Below are positions 13,061-26,869 of a stretch of 64,000 nt of DNA, piece by piece. The stretch is from Selaginella moellendorffii (Eukaryota; Plantae; Lycopodiophyta). The notes beneath the pieces are model-generated. The model did not search any database. It saw nothing but the letters and a program-made list of their open reading frames with translations, and was not told where the DNA came from. How positions within the stretch are numbered: the first letter of the stretch is position 1; each line of letters opens with the position of its first letter. The stretch is from contig NW_003314319.1 of assembly GCF_000143415.4 (NCBI RefSeq), positions 22,198 through 86,197 on the forward strand. Reading direction: 5' to 3'. The translations under genes were made by a program, and so were the position numbers.

Positions 13061-14756
13061 ATGGCATCCAAGTTCCACAGCTGCAATGGCAAGACGCTCG
13101 AGGAGCGCGTGGCGGAGATCAGGGAGCTGCTCGGCAAGGCCGACGGAGATGTCCTCAAGATCGTCGGTGTGGGAGCCGGCGCGTGGGGCAGCGTCTTCGT
13201 GGCGATGCTCCAGGACGCCTTCGGCCACCTGAGGGATTTGGTCCAGGTCCGGGTGTGGCGGCGCGGGGGCAAGGCGGTGGACAAGAAATCCGCCCAGCAC
13301 CTCTTCGAGATCATCAATTCCAGGGAGGACGTGCTCCGGCGGCTCATCCAAAAGTGCGCCTATCTCAAGTACGTGGAGGGGCGATTGGGCGATCGAGTGC
13401 TCTACGCGGACGAGATCTTGCGCGACGGCTTTTGCATCAACATGCTGGATACGCCACTGTGCCCCCTCAAGGTAGTCACCAATTTGCAAGAGGCTGTGTG
13501 GGACGCGGACATTGTCATCAACAGCCTTCCTTCCACGGAGACCCGGCCAGTGTTTGAGGAGATTGGGAGGTACTGGCGAGAGAGAAGAACCATGCCCGTG
13601 ATCATATCGCTATCAAAAGGAGTCGAGGCAGCTCTCACGCCCGTGCCACACATTGTCACTCCAACGCAGATGATCAGCGAAGCAAGTAAGTGGTTTTCTT
13701 TCTCTCTTAAGTTCTTAGATTTGTTTTCTTAAAGGTCTTGTGATTCTTTTACCCTGACAATGCTTTTGTTTTATGTAGCCAAGGTGCCTCTAGAGAACAT
13801 TCTTTATCTAGGTGGACCAAACATCGCAGCGGAGGTTTACAACAAGGAGTACGCAAACGCCCGGATCTGTGGCTCCGAGAAGTGGAGGAAACCTTTGGCT
13901 CGTTTCCTGAGGCAGCCGCATTTTGTGGTGTGGGACAACAGCGACCTCGTTACTCATGAAGTCATGGGAGGCTTGAAGAACGTCTACGCAATTGGTGCCG
14001 GTTAGTCTTCAAGTTCTTAGTTTCTTGTTTGGAAAACGAAAGAAATGTTCTAAAATCTTTGGTTCGCTCACAGGTATGGTTGGCGCACTGACAAACGAGA
14101 GCGCGACGAGCAAGGCCGTCTACTTCGCGCATTGCACGTCGGAGATGATCTACATCACGCACTTCCTGGCCGAGGAGCCCGAGCGCTTGGCCGGGCCTCT
14201 CCTGGCGGACACGTACGTGACTCTACTAAAGGGACGCAATGCCTGGTATGGGCAGAAGCTCGTGGAAGGGGAGCTCAGGCTCGACATGGGAGACAGCATC
14301 CAAGGCAAAGGCATGATACAGGTGAGATCTTTCACACTTTTCCTTTTTGAAGACACTCACCCAACTTCAATTCACTTTGGCAGGGAGTGTCAGCTGTGGA
14401 AGCTTTTCATGAATTGCTCAGACAACCAAGCCTGAGCGTGATGCACCCAGATGGTAACCGGCCCGTGGCTCCAGTTGAGCTCTGTCCCATACTGCAAATG
14501 CTTTACAGGATCCTCATCAAGAGGTAGGCCTAGTAGTCCACACATTCCTTTTCTCCTTGCTCACTGGCTTGTGCGTTTATATGTTTTGTGCAGGGAGTGC
14601 TCGCCAGAGGCCATCTTGCAGGCTTTACGTGACGAGAATATGTATGATCCCAGGCGCCGGATAGAGGCAGCGCAGGGCAAGGACTGCTACATGCCGCAGC
14701 TCCTGGGGAACGTAAAGACTACCGCAAATGGTGTGATCAAACAGGTCTTGGCATAG
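13061..14756 (+). CDS. GPDHC1: Cytosolic NAD-dependent glycerol-3-phosphate dehydrogenase; exons 13061-13685, 13779-14000, 14074-14321, 14384-14523, 14594-14756
   Basis: Motifs [38 protein letters not shown] and [16 protein letters not shown]. All four introns are GT-AG and phase-compatible. Confidence 0.97.
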
Positions 14757-14914
14757 ATTTCACGGTCGGGTTTTTTTTTTCTGGCTCTTGGTTTCATGCT
14801 TTTCTGCTAGAGAGCATGCACGATGTCAGTAGCAATTGCCGATAAAAACAGGAAACACGAAGAAAACATCAGATTCTTTCACACGTCCCAAGGATTTTCT
14901 TAGAACTTTGCAAG

Positions 14915-16211
14915 CTAGCAGCTAAAAGTACACAGATGGCTTCCATAGCTGGATATCACATCCACCATTCCGCCATGGCCACCAACAGCTGTCACCTGGG
15001 TATAAGTTTCCAAAAGGCAATGAAAAAGTCGTGAGAATCTTTTCTAGCTCTTTGTCTCGAGCCTAGAAAGCACAGAAACAAAGTGATACTTACTCCAGAT
15101 GGATGGAGTGACACGGCGAAGGAAGACAATGGAGCGCAAGCGACTTGGGACGAAAGCTTCCCGCCAAAGGTGAATCGAGAAAGATGCGGTTGAACACCGA
15201 CGACCACAATCTGTCATATAAAAGATCATTTCTATCAGTCAAAGATCTTTCAAAAGATCTTCCTATCAGAGGTTTATCAAAAGATCGAAAGATCTACCAA
15301 AAGCTTATCAAAACTCTCTCATTCGTTTTTAAAATCTAAAAGCTGACCTCGTCCGTGGTGAAGGCCACGTCTTGCGGGGCTCCAGCGGTCGTTATTCTCG
15401 TTGCTGCTGCTACCATTGGCAAGTTCCAGAGCGTTACACATCCTCCTCCAGTCCCACACGCCTTTTGCAAGCGAAAACAAACAAGTATGAAACAAACCAA
15501 GGCATGGAGAAACTTACCATCCAATTCTCGCTAGCATCCACTGCTACACAGCTCACCCATGGGAGCCTGGATTTTGCTCTTGCCACTCGTTGTACATTCC
15601 AAGGATCCAACACTGCTGTGCATCGGCCGGATCTACAGTCTACAGGCCGTCAACTTAGCAGTGATCTTTCGTTTCTGTCGCAAAAGCTTACCCCAGATTC
15701 TGCAGGTGCCATCCTCGGATCCCGTGATTAACTGCATCGGGAAGAATCCAGATTCAGATGAATAAGCATGTTTGATTACCTGTTTCTGAGATGGTCTCGA
15801 CGCTATGCAGTGCAAGTAACCGGCATGGCCTTGAAATACCATTGAACCTTGTCCAGTTTCCTGAAAGTAAGGTGCTGTAAACTCTTGCATGAATTTGCGT
15901 AAAGTTCTCGTTGGAAACATGATACTTTACCAAGTCCCAACCATACGCACAGCCATCGCCAGCAGCACAGAAAAGCGTCCCTGCCTTTTGAGAAAATAAA
16001 CGTAAGTAGAAGAAATAAATTTTTGCGGAGAGTTCTACGTAATATTACATCTGCTGCGAGACCATTGGCTTCGGCAACGGGTAGAAGAGAACCATGCTGA
16101 CCCCTGCAAACATCGCAGTGGAGAAGATCGGGAGCTAAAAACTTACCTCTGCTGAGGAATTTTCATCTCCAAAACAGGCCGCTCTTGCATATCTAATGAG
16201 GCGACAATGAG

Positions 16212-16249
<38 letters not shown>

Positions 16250-16826
16250 CTTTCAAACCCGGGCTTGAATCACTGCCCAATCTTTGCAAAACGTCGTTCC
16301 ATCGCCAGATCGCTATCCGTCCGTCATCCCCACAACTACGTCAATTGTTTTGGTTATACCATTCGAAAGTTCTTACAATTAATCGCTTACCTCGCAAGAA
16401 CTTTGTTTCCATCTTCTCCAAATGACAGCAAACCATACGCCGGGCCATCGTGTCCAGCGAGCGACAACCATGGTTTCGCCAATCTGGAAAAGGAAAAAGA
16501 GTATTATCTCCTTAGGAACTTGAACCATCGAAGATTCTTACTCGTCAGTGGTCTCCGCTATGCCCGAGATCTACCAGGACAAGAAAGAAAACTGGAGGCG
16601 ATCACCAAAGAGAAACAATGCCAAGACTTACAGGAGGAGATCGGCAAATGGGATGAATCCCAACGCTGCCATCGCTCGTCGCGGCGGCCAAGAAGCGCGG
16701 GGGAGGCGGCGCCAGCTCCAATGTCGGCGGGAACCGGAGCGCAAACACAATGCGCGTCCTCAGGCACCTCTCCGCAAGAACCGATGCCTTGAAATCGTCC
16801 CGCCGCCATCCTCGAGCGTCTCCCAT
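14915..16826 (-). CDS. THO6: THO complex subunit 6 / DWA1-like WD40 protein, multi-exon
   Basis: N-terminus MGDARGWRRDDFKASVLAER..AATSDGSV; WD repeats FQGHAGYLHCIA and LITGSEDGTCRIW; C-terminus VTAVGGHGGMVDVISSYGSHLCTFSC* (stop 14915-14917). Confidence 0.88.
16217..16243. repeat. (GA)n microsatellite in a THO6 intron
   Basis: Direct GA run. Confidence 0.9.
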
Positions 16827-18949
16827 CACCTAAAGCCCTAAGTTAATGTGCCAAGTAAAAACCAGTACTTTGCCTTTGGAGAACTTGAGCTCCACCACCT
16901 CCTCCGGACTGGAGTATACAAAGCTGACACGGGCAACGATCTCTCCTACATTCTCATCTTTGGCACCGGCGTCCGCGCAGAAGTCGATGACAAATACCTG
17001 GACACCGTGCTGCCTCGAGTCGATCCCCGCTCCAAGCAAGAGCTGGAGACAAGAGAAACTTGCTTATTGCTCCTTGCTCCAGCTCCATGTTGCTCTTCGC
17101 TCCAGAACACTGAACCAAAAGAAATGACAAACGAGCTCGCTCTAACACTCTCAGAATGCTTGGGCCTTGGGCCAGTGGATTTCCCCAGCCTGCGTCAAGG
17201 CTCGTGGATGTGCTGTAGACAACCCAACTTGGACAACTTGGACGTTTTGGATGATAGCAAGCATCGAGCTCTGCTACTCTAAATCACACCACATAAGTTT
17301 TAACTCCTAAGGATCACTTGATGATTTGCTACGCTGTGTAGCAGCAACGCTTTGTGTTTCAGAATGCCATTAGAAATTCTGTTGACAAGAACATTGAAAG
17401 ATTGATTGACAAATCCTAATGGTCGTGATAATGGTAGTAGCCGCCAGGGATGGAGTGCATGTGAATGCAGCTGATAATCACATTCCTCACACCAACAAAA
17501 GGACACGCTCGAAAAAGCAATGCATTTCTGTCCTTGAGCTTGAAAAGAACTTTAAGCATGATTGCTTGAGATCAAGATCCCATGCACAAATGCATGACTT
17601 TTTGCCTATATGAGTTCCTCATCACAAGAACAAACCTCTGTGACCACCTTCTGAAGAAATTTGAACTCAAACCCACCTCTGCATCGTTGTTTTCACCTTG
17701 CTTCCTTGCGTTCTTCAGCTGAAGAATATTACCTTCACCACTCAAGATACACAATCAAATCAGTCCTGTGACCTTTATAAACAGCTTGTAATTGGTAATT
17801 GCCTCCCATTTACGCCACAATGAACTCCCTGAGCCGAGCGCAATACCCTAACATCTCCTGCACACACCCAACTCAACGGCCGATAAGCAAATTTACAGCA
17901 AACACCTCACACCTTCTTCACAGTTCATTCATGCGCGTTGTTTGTTTGGTGAGTTGAAAATTGCTACCCTCTCACTATGGCCGCATAGCGCTGACTCCTT
18001 GGTATTGTCCAGGAGGTCGTGGAGCATCGATCTCCAGCTTGGGAACATATCTATCTGCATGGCAAGGAATTATGGTTTTTATCATCATCAAACAATGATT
18101 GCAAATGATTAAGAGAATGAGAAATATCCTAGAATATACTAGGATATTCCAAATATATGCTATCCAGTCTCGGATAAAAATTTCATCCTGAACTGTCTTT
18201 TGGGCTTATTGGAAAGCTATGGAATACTTATCATCCTGTAAAACACATTCCTGAATGCAGATGGGCTTTAGCATCTTTCAATCTGTTGATCTTTTGAGGC
18301 TAGTTTACATTTGTATACTCCAGTTATATATAATTTTCTTACTTTGTTTGCTTTAGTCTTTAGTATTTATTGTAATATATTTTTGCCATCATTGTTCATA
18401 ATGGGAACTTGACATTCTACTTATGCTAATGAGATAAAACTTGCCAATATATAATACATATAGGTTAGCTTAATGTTTAATAAAAATGTATAATTTTGCT
18501 TTCAATTTATTCATTTTGTCCTTTTATTCTTGTCATATGATGTTGATGGATTTTTCTATCCACCAAGCTCTCCATTCCAATCCTTTACTTCTGCAATAAG
18601 CGAAGCCATGCTTATCACCTGGAAGAGTAAAAAAGAAGCAAAGCATATCATCCTTGAAAGTCTCAAAAGTATGGTTCAAATCCATTAGGGAAACATGCTC
18701 TAAAATCCTTGACTAGAGCGTGTTTTCAATTATGCAATTTCCCTTACTTCTATTTACCTGCCTTGGAACCTCTTAAAGTGGCTCTATTTGTGAATCCATC
18801 TGTTTCAATAAGCTCACCAATGCATATGCATTGCTTAATGACCACTAGTTAATATATTACTTGCTCTATTGTGGTGCAAAAATCTTGATATTGTGCAGCA
18901 TGGCCAGCAAGGTAGTCCAGCAAGCAAAACACACACTTATAAATAACAT

Positions 18950-20910
18950 TCTCTATTGAAGCATCTAGCTTCCTCTTCCTAGAGGGAGCAGGGTTCTAAT
19001 GACAGTAAAAGGAGCTATGGGGAACTTCCTTGCCCCCACATTTCACATAGGGGTACTTTTGCAGCAACTTTGGAGCTACTGATATAAGGACTTCATGAAA
19101 AAATTGTGATTAAGGTTTTTGTTTGGTGGATTGATTGGTATGCAGAGAGTGTCAAGGGCAGAGCTCTACTAAGGGATTAGCACTACTACCCAATACACAA
19201 GTAGGGAAGATGAAAAGGGAGTTAGAAAAAGTCATTTGATTGTTCTGCAAATAGTTAAAAGTCTTATGTCATAAAGGAAGTGGTCAAACATTTGAAAGAG
19301 AGTGTCAGAAAGCATTTTAAAATTAAGAGGTACTCAAAGGGTACTATGGAGGACCAAGATTGACTAAAAAACAAGTTGAAGGAGTGGAAATTATAGGTTA
19401 AAGGTTATGAGTTGCAACTAGAATATAAAACTCTCCAAGTTCCTGTAGGCATTGAACTTCTTTTATGGGTGGTGGAGTTGTAAAGAACTAACTCCCCGAG
19501 GTGTCATAGGCTAAAGGATCCTTGAAATCACAATTAAAATGATAAAGAGTTTATTAAATGAGACTAAGTCTGAGATTGAGTTTGAGACCGACTCCGAGAC
19601 TAAGTTCAAGATCATAACTCTGAAACTGAGTTCAAGATTGAGTCTAAGACCGAGTTCAAAACTAAGTCTGAGATCCGAGATTGGGTTCAAGACTCGAGAT
19701 CGAGTCCAAGACCGAGTTCGAGGTTGGGTCCGATGTTGAGTCCGAGATTGAGTTTGAAACTGAGTCTGAGGTCAAATCTAAGATCAAATCTAAGATTGAG
19801 TTTGAGATTGAATCCGAATACTAATACAAGTCATAGGGTGAAAGCCCAAAGCAATCATCTCTTAGGGGAGGGGGTTGCAAGGGGTTCTAAAAATATAGTA
19901 AGGATAGTGAGGTTTAAGAACCAATCTTGAAGGGACTCTTTAGTGGTGTTTCCAAATTGAATTGAAAATGGGACTAGGGTTAAAGGCCTTAGATGGGAGT
20001 GAGTGTGGACTTGCCAAAAATGCCATTTAAGGAAGTGCTCAAGAGCAGCTCCCACTCCCAAAAAGGGAATCAACTACAATACTTCTAGCTCATATGGAGT
20101 GGTGCTTTATTTAAGTACTATGTAATTTATTAGTCCTCACTCCTTCCTAGGGGCTTAAGCCTTCTCTTTGGGATGGAAATGGAGGAGTAGGGGTATTTAT
20201 ACTAAGCTATTAGGCTATAGTGTTTCCCTCTGTGGTTCGAAGTAAGAGATGCACCTAAGGTGGGAGTTAAAGAGTCTCATAATCAAGTTTTATTGTACTA
20301 TGGGATGTTAGGAACCTGGAAACTTGGTGTGTTTAGCTGCTTGTATTTGCGGTGAGTGTAGTTAAACTTTAAGTCCAATCTAACACAGGGAGGGGGATTG
20401 AGAAAGAATTTGAGAATTCGTGGATGGATGGCTTAACACTCTGTTGCTTTTGTAATGAGTAGTTGAAACCAAGTAAACCAAGTATGAGCTAATACAATAA
20501 ACGGGAACCTTGGTAAAAGAACTTAACTAAGGTTAAAGTAGTGGTGGTCGGATAGACGTGGTAAGCTGGCAAATTAAACCTTTAGATCCTAACTTAATGG
20601 CAATGTTAATGAACACTACTATAAATGAAGTAGAATTTAGTGGGGACTGGAGAAGGGATATTGGGAAAGGGTGTTTTTTATATCTTTGGGCATCCTAAGG
20701 ATGCTAAAATGTGGTCATGGAATGACCACTCATGGATAGATGGTCTAGTATTTAGAAGACAAGATTGTGGCACAAGTTGTCTTGGCTACCAATGACACAA
20801 ATGTAAATAGACATAGCTTTAGTATAATGGGCTAATATGTTAGTGGTATTTTTAAAGTGTCTATTATAAGGTCAGATATGTGGAGCATGCAAACCAAGTG
20901 TATATGCTGA
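18950..20910 (+). mobile_element. Old decayed LTR-element 3' region (PPT + LTR) related to the 33284-40152 family
   Basis: PPT tatgggtggtggagt then TGT at ~19479, identical in form to 38222-38239. Decayed CCGAG hexamer array at 19560-19820; shared blocks gggtgaaagcccaaagcaatcatc and gggcatcctaaggatgcta. Confidence 0.65.
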
Positions 20911-20954
20911 GTGGTATGGATATTGGTTGTGCAAATTTCACTTCTCCATCCTAG

Positions 20955-22143
20955 TGTGAGACACAAATCCTTAAGCCCCAACATGGAGCTGAAAGGGTGC
21001 CACATGGTAGTGGCCGAAGCAAAAGCCAAATGAGTGTAACACGTTTGGACTAAAATCTCCGACTCGAAAGGTCGAAAGCAGAAGTGGAACTCCCAATGAA
21101 AGGCTCAAGGAACAAGCACGAAGTGAGCAATAAGTGAGTCTTTAGAAAAGGGACAGAAAAGAACCAACACATGACACGTGGAAGTGTTCGAGATGGAGTC
21201 TGAGATGGACCTGAGATGGAGTCCGAGATTAACCCAAGATGGACTCCGAGATGGACCCAAGATGGAGTTTGAGATGGAGTCTAAGATGGACTCAAGATGG
21301 AGTCTGAAATGGACCCGAGATGGAGTTCGAGATGGGGTTCGAGATGGAGTCCGAGATGGACCTGAGATGGAGTCCGAAATGGAACCGAGATCGAGACCGA
21401 GACTGAGACCGAGTCCGAGTCCGAGGCTGAGATTGAGACCGAGTCCGAGTCCGAGGTTGAGACTAAGACCGAGTCCAAAGCTGAGACCAAGACTGAGTCT
21501 AAGTCCGAGTCTAAATACTAATATAGGCTATTGGGTGAAAGCCCAAAGCAATCATCCCCTAGGAGAGTAGTCCTGAATTGTGGAAAGGAAGAGGAGTAGT
21601 CCTTTAGTGTGGCGACTAAAGATACAGTCACATGGTGAGGAAGTCCCAAAGGACAGTGGGACTTAATGGTCGGGTTGTAGGCTTTGATCCAGTGGCAGTG
21701 TTGGCGAACACGGCCATGGACAGAAAGGGATTTAATGGGGACTAAAAAAAGGATATTTAGGAAGGCTATTCCCCATATCTGTAGGCATCCTAAAGATGCT
21801 AAGGAGTGGATCTATGATGATCACTCATAGATAGATGGCCTAGTCTTTGAGAGATAGGACTGTGATGTAGATGGTGTTGGACCACTGGTATGACCAAAGT
21901 GAAGGGGTATAGCCTTAGTGTAATAAGCTAATATGTTGGTGGTACCTTGGGGTGTTGGTCATGAGATTGGACATGTGGAGCATTTAGACCAAGTGCAACA
22001 ATTGAGTGGTATAGATGCCATTCTTAGGGCTAACAAGCCCCACGTCCTAAATTAGATTTATGGAGGTTATAAATGAGACTCTTCCAAGTGGTCGGAGGTG
22101 TGGTTAAGTGACTAAAGTAGAATGAAAAAATTAGTTGTTTACA
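20955..22143 (+). mobile_element. Solo LTR (internally deleted) of the 33284-40152 family
   Basis: Starts TGTGAGACACAAATCC and ends ..TTTACA. Flanked by CCTAG/CCTAA (5-bp TSD, 1 mismatch). Carries the same 11/12-mer and 6-mer arrays. Confidence 0.85.
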
Positions 22144-22289
22144 CCTAAAAATTTTTTTACTTAAGGGTACTATTATTCTCTCTTTTATTTCATGCCACCT
22201 TTCCACTTAACCATAATTTTTAAAAGTTGTCCATGTCCCTTTCATTTGGTTACCTTGCCGCTCCATATCTTAGAACTTTTATTTTTCAC

Positions 22290-23741
22290 CAAGTCTGAGC
22301 ATATAGGAATTTTATTCTGGGAAACATGTTTTTTTCTTTATAATCTGTTAGCATCCATTATATAGTGGGTCTTTGCTTAACTTATCATTTGGATTCCCTT
22401 CAATAATTTCAAAGGCCTATTCTTGACTATTAATCTTTTACTTTTATCTTTTGATTGTTATATTGCATATGAAATTTTGAAAGGCACTCAAAGCTAGTGA
22501 CTCTGTGGTCCCTGGGCTTCTCAATTAGCAACTGGAATAGAAGGGATCTTCTTCAAAATTTTCAACTTGAATTGGAGGAATTTTGTGAAGCTTTGATGAA
22601 AATCAATCCAATAAATCTTACCCTTATTTGAAGTGCAAACTATGTTATCTAAACTATATTCAATATATTACTTTAAAAAACTATGTTATTTAAACTATAC
22701 TTAAAATTTTAAAACTATGAAATTTATTTCATTACATTAAACTATAATATTAAACTATGCTAAACTAATATTATTACAATAAACTAGGATATAACATATA
22801 ATTTATTAAAACTATATAAAAAACAATATATTGTATAGTTAAACTATAATAAAATATTTTGACAACATAGTTTCACTTTTTAGTTTCTAATGGGGTTTCT
22901 TGTGTAAAAGCTAAGAGGATATAAATTAAACTAAGTAGGAGAAAAGGGATAAAGTTTGTGTATGAAACTATGGTATTGACTCTTAAATCAAATTGTTCCA
23001 ACATAACACGTGACAAGAAAATGTAAAATTCCAATAGATGTGATTTACATCTATTAAATATGCTTTGTCAATACCTGTAAAACTATCAAGGATGCTAGCC
23101 TAGACAGAATTAAGTATTTAAATGTGTGTTTTCTTTGCAGATCTATTTAAAAAATACACTTGAAATCATAAAATACTTTTTCTCATCGAATATATAAATA
23201 TATTTGTAAAATATAAATATAGAGAAGTCCTACAGTGAAAAGTCAATGCAAATATAGGAAAAAGATTTTTCTTTAGTCGCAAAAGTGTTACTTTCTTAAG
23301 TGGAATGATCCTATTAACAGGCTATTATCAAGTACAGTACCTCTATCACAATAAAGGGAGTATTTGGGACATAGTTCAAAGTGTTTATATAGCATAATGA
23401 GTTTAAATATTATACAAAAAATTACTGAATTAAAAATTAAAGAAAAGCATGCCAATATCCAAATCAAGAATTTGAGCTTATGATATCTATTTTATTAGCG
23501 TTTTGCTTTAGAAAATTTCAGGGAATTATGCCAAAGATCATAAACTAAATTAGTTCACTCCACTAAAATGAGTGCCTTTTAATTTTGAGTTTTTTGGATT
23601 TTTTTAAGGTATCCTACACCTATTTCTTATGAATTCTATTTGACAAGATCTTCAGACTTAATTCCCTTAGACATCTCTATTAGTAAATTTTGAAAGATGA
23701 AATCATGGTTCAATTGTATAAAACAAATCATGGCTAACTAG
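22290..23741 (+). repeat. AT-rich dispersed repeat (inverted copy of 1-1440), possible Helitron 3' end
   Basis: Ends with an imperfect hairpin catggtt..aatcatg followed by CTAG|T at 23738-23742. Confidence 0.7.
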
Positions 23742-24979
23742 TATATTTCATATTAGGCATATGTTTTGGTAGTGACAATTGTAGATAGCATAAAAACACA
23801 ACTAATTCTTTATTAAATCAAATCTTCTGTTAATAGTTTAAATAGGCATTTGATTTTTTCACAATTTTCTTAATAAAAACGCTAGTAAACATTTATAATC
23901 CTGCTTACAGCAATGAGCTTAAACAAGTTTTGTAATTTATCAAGATATGGATGCCATTTTTCAAATCAGTTAAAATTAAAATAATGATTAGTTAATCTTT
24001 TTTTTCCATTGTTATGAACTATTTGAACACGACTTATAAACTAAGTGATAGAAATGGAATACTCAACACAATCTGTACCTAAAATTGTTTTTAAAAAATG
24101 AAGCATAAAAAGAGTTATAGTCATAAGGGCTCATCTTTCTCAATCAGAACTATGATATTCTGGTCTGGATAGCTAATTTTATCTAGTTCCAAAGGATAAT
24201 ATCTATATTTTGTCAAGTACCTTGTAGTTTACCAACGACCAAGCACCACCACCGATCTGTAAAAGCTTATTAGATGACACTAACATAATAAAGTGATGGT
24301 ATATTTATTTTATAATTGCACTAGATCTTTTTAACTATGTTTTTTATTAGTAAATAAATTAGATCTGTATATTATGCTTAATATATTTAAGTAAATAAAT
24401 TTTTTACATCTAGTGAATGATATTATACATCAGAAGAAAAGATATATACATAAATTTTCTAGCTGCTAAAATTTTAATGATTCAGTTAAATCTATTAGCT
24501 TTTCACAACATATAATATTCTCTAAAAACGTTTTTAGATTGTGGCAGAATTCTACTTATAAAAAGCTTGAACTATGATCATTAGCCCAGCTCTTGTTCTA
24601 TGTTTTGGAGTGCTATGTAATTATGGAGTGTCAATGGGGAAGATTATCTTACAAAAGATGACATTCACTAGTAAAATGGCTTAAGTTGTTGGTGTATCAT
24701 AGCAAGGTATTGCACAATGCAAGGTATCCATTTAATCCCAAACACAATATTTCAATGATTTGGTTGTTATTTTTCACAAATTCATTTTTCTTTGGGGTTT
24801 TAAAAATTAGAGAGCTTGATTTGCTCATTCATCTTGAACCCAAGATCAGGTCATGAAAATACTTAGGTGATATAGTAAAATCTAAATTATTTAGAGGAGA
24901 TAATAAACAATTAGAGAGATGTGTTACATAATAGCATTCTTAAGTTCTATTGATTAAGCATACTTGATTTGGATTGTAT

Positions 24980-25330
24980 TTACCCCAAAAATATTGAGAT
25001 TAATCCCTCAATATTTGTTAAATGATAACTTACCGTGTTTGCCAAGATACTCTCACTATCATACTATATGTGTTGGTTTTCTTTGGTCTCAATAACTATT
25101 TATGGAAGGTGTTTAAATTTTCTAGTGGAGTTTATCCTAAACACAATAGTGTTGTTCTTACATCTAAATGCATAATCTAATGCCATTTTATATTAAATAA
25201 ATTTTTGTGATTGTTCTAGAGACTAACTCCTAGGGTAAACTTAAAGTATGCATTCCTTTGAAGGGGTTCCAAATGTATAGTAGGGATAGTATAGGTTAGG
25301 CATGGCTATTTAACTTGAGGTATAATCTAG
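24980..25330 (+). mobile_element. Decayed LTR fragment related to the LTR at 56029-57190
   Basis: Shared blocks taccgtgtttgccaa, cctaaacacaatagtgtt and ggggttccaaatgtatagta also occur at ~56310-56670. Confidence 0.65.
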
Positions 25331-26416
25331 TTCCCTAAAATGACTAATTACTTCATATGGAATAATCAATTTATATAATGGAAGTATTGATAAATTCAAT
25401 TATAAGATGAATGAGGATAAAATAACTTTAAAGGCTCCTTTATTTAATTGGCTTAAGGGTAGAGAGATAGAGTGGTGGATAAATAAGGATAAAATAAGTA
25501 TTAAAGGTTCTCTCATTAAAGGGAGATAGATAATATATGCTCCACTAATACTTGAATAAAGTTAAAAGAGACTCACCTCTCTAATTAAACTAACTAAGGT
25601 TATTGATATCTTATTCAATTAATTTTGGAATAATACTCAGCTACAATTGATAAATTATTAAGGAGTGAATCACTGCATTCTAAACTTAATGTAATTTAAC
25701 ACCAAAAACTAAATGCAACCAAATAATACTAATAGAGATGGAATCAATATGCTAATATATAAAAACCATGCAAGCCCAACAACATAATCCTCCATAATAC
25801 ATTGGTAAAGCAAGCCTATCACTACTAAATCATTATCAAGCTAAGTAAAATCCTAATAGTCCTTGACAAAGTATACAAATAATAATTAGTCACCAAATAA
25901 CCAACAATCACTCTTTAGTTCATCTTTATAAAACCTAAACACTAAACTCATATTATTAAGTTATATATATGTGAAACAGAAAGGAAACACACTAAGTATA
26001 ATATATAGAAACATGGAGAAGTATGGATAAATTGATTATTCAAATCCAAGACTCAATCACAAAGATCACATTTTGGATATTTATATTCATTTTTAAGATC
26101 AAATGTGAAGTCAAAACAGTAATAAGAAAAATGATATGAAAAATCAACCTCTAAAAAAAATTCCTCATCACTTAATGAAATAATGGTTAGTTTCCTTGTA
26201 ATATATATATATATATATCAACACACACATAAATATACATATAAACCTTATAAATTAAAATTTTTCTAACTATAAAGCCAAATCTAGAAAATGTGTTTGA
26301 AAACATTTTATAAATAACTTTACTATATCATTTCATATTTATAACATTATTTATTTAATAAATTATTTAAAAAAAAATTAGATTGTGTTCTTTTTATATT
26401 ATTGCTTTTATTCAAT

Positions 26417-26869
26417 CTAACATTTAAGATGACCATTTACATTTACAAGAATTGAATTTAAATAAATTATAGTTGGATTTGGAAGACCACCAAAGGTACT
26501 GCATACTGCTGTTAATTTGACCCAACCTTCATATGATATTGTTACAATTGCACTATTACATGATAATTGAAAATCACGACCATGACCCATATTCCCATTA
26601 GTATTTGTAATACAATTATTAAGAGTAATGGTTGATTTTTGATTTATAAGAGGTTCACAAACAGCTTCAAATTTCCAACCTTTACTTTCATCATTATCAT
26701 CAATTCTTATAAGCTTCATTGTACTAATATCACATGTATCAACAAAATCACTATGTATTATAACCTATATAAATATAGAAAAATTGAGTAAAAATTAGTC
26801 ATTTAAAATTATACTTACAAAGTACTTAAAAATATTTATAAGTAAAGTAAAAAATATTAAAAACCCCAT
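26417..26869 (-). CDS. Secreted cyanovirin-N homology (CVNH) lectin, 132 aa; exons 26869-26819 and 26764-26417
   Basis: Hydrophobic leader MGFLIFFTLLINIFKYF|VIIHS and a 54-nt phase-0 GT-AG intron. Two CVNH half-repeats: FVDTC..FEAVC..ITLNNCITNTNGNM and FQLSC..LTAVC..IYLNSILVNVNGHLKC. Confidence 0.85.

Noticed and set aside
12510-13232. 240-aa ORF overlapping the GPDH start, and antisense ORFs over GPDH
   Set aside because: GC-rich promoter/5' UTR and shadow frames of a well-supported gene; no recognisable motifs.
16840-18061. Possible additional spliced gene upstream of THO6
   Set aside because: Composition and some splice-like signals look genic, but I could not build a consistent frame or recognise a family; left unresolved.
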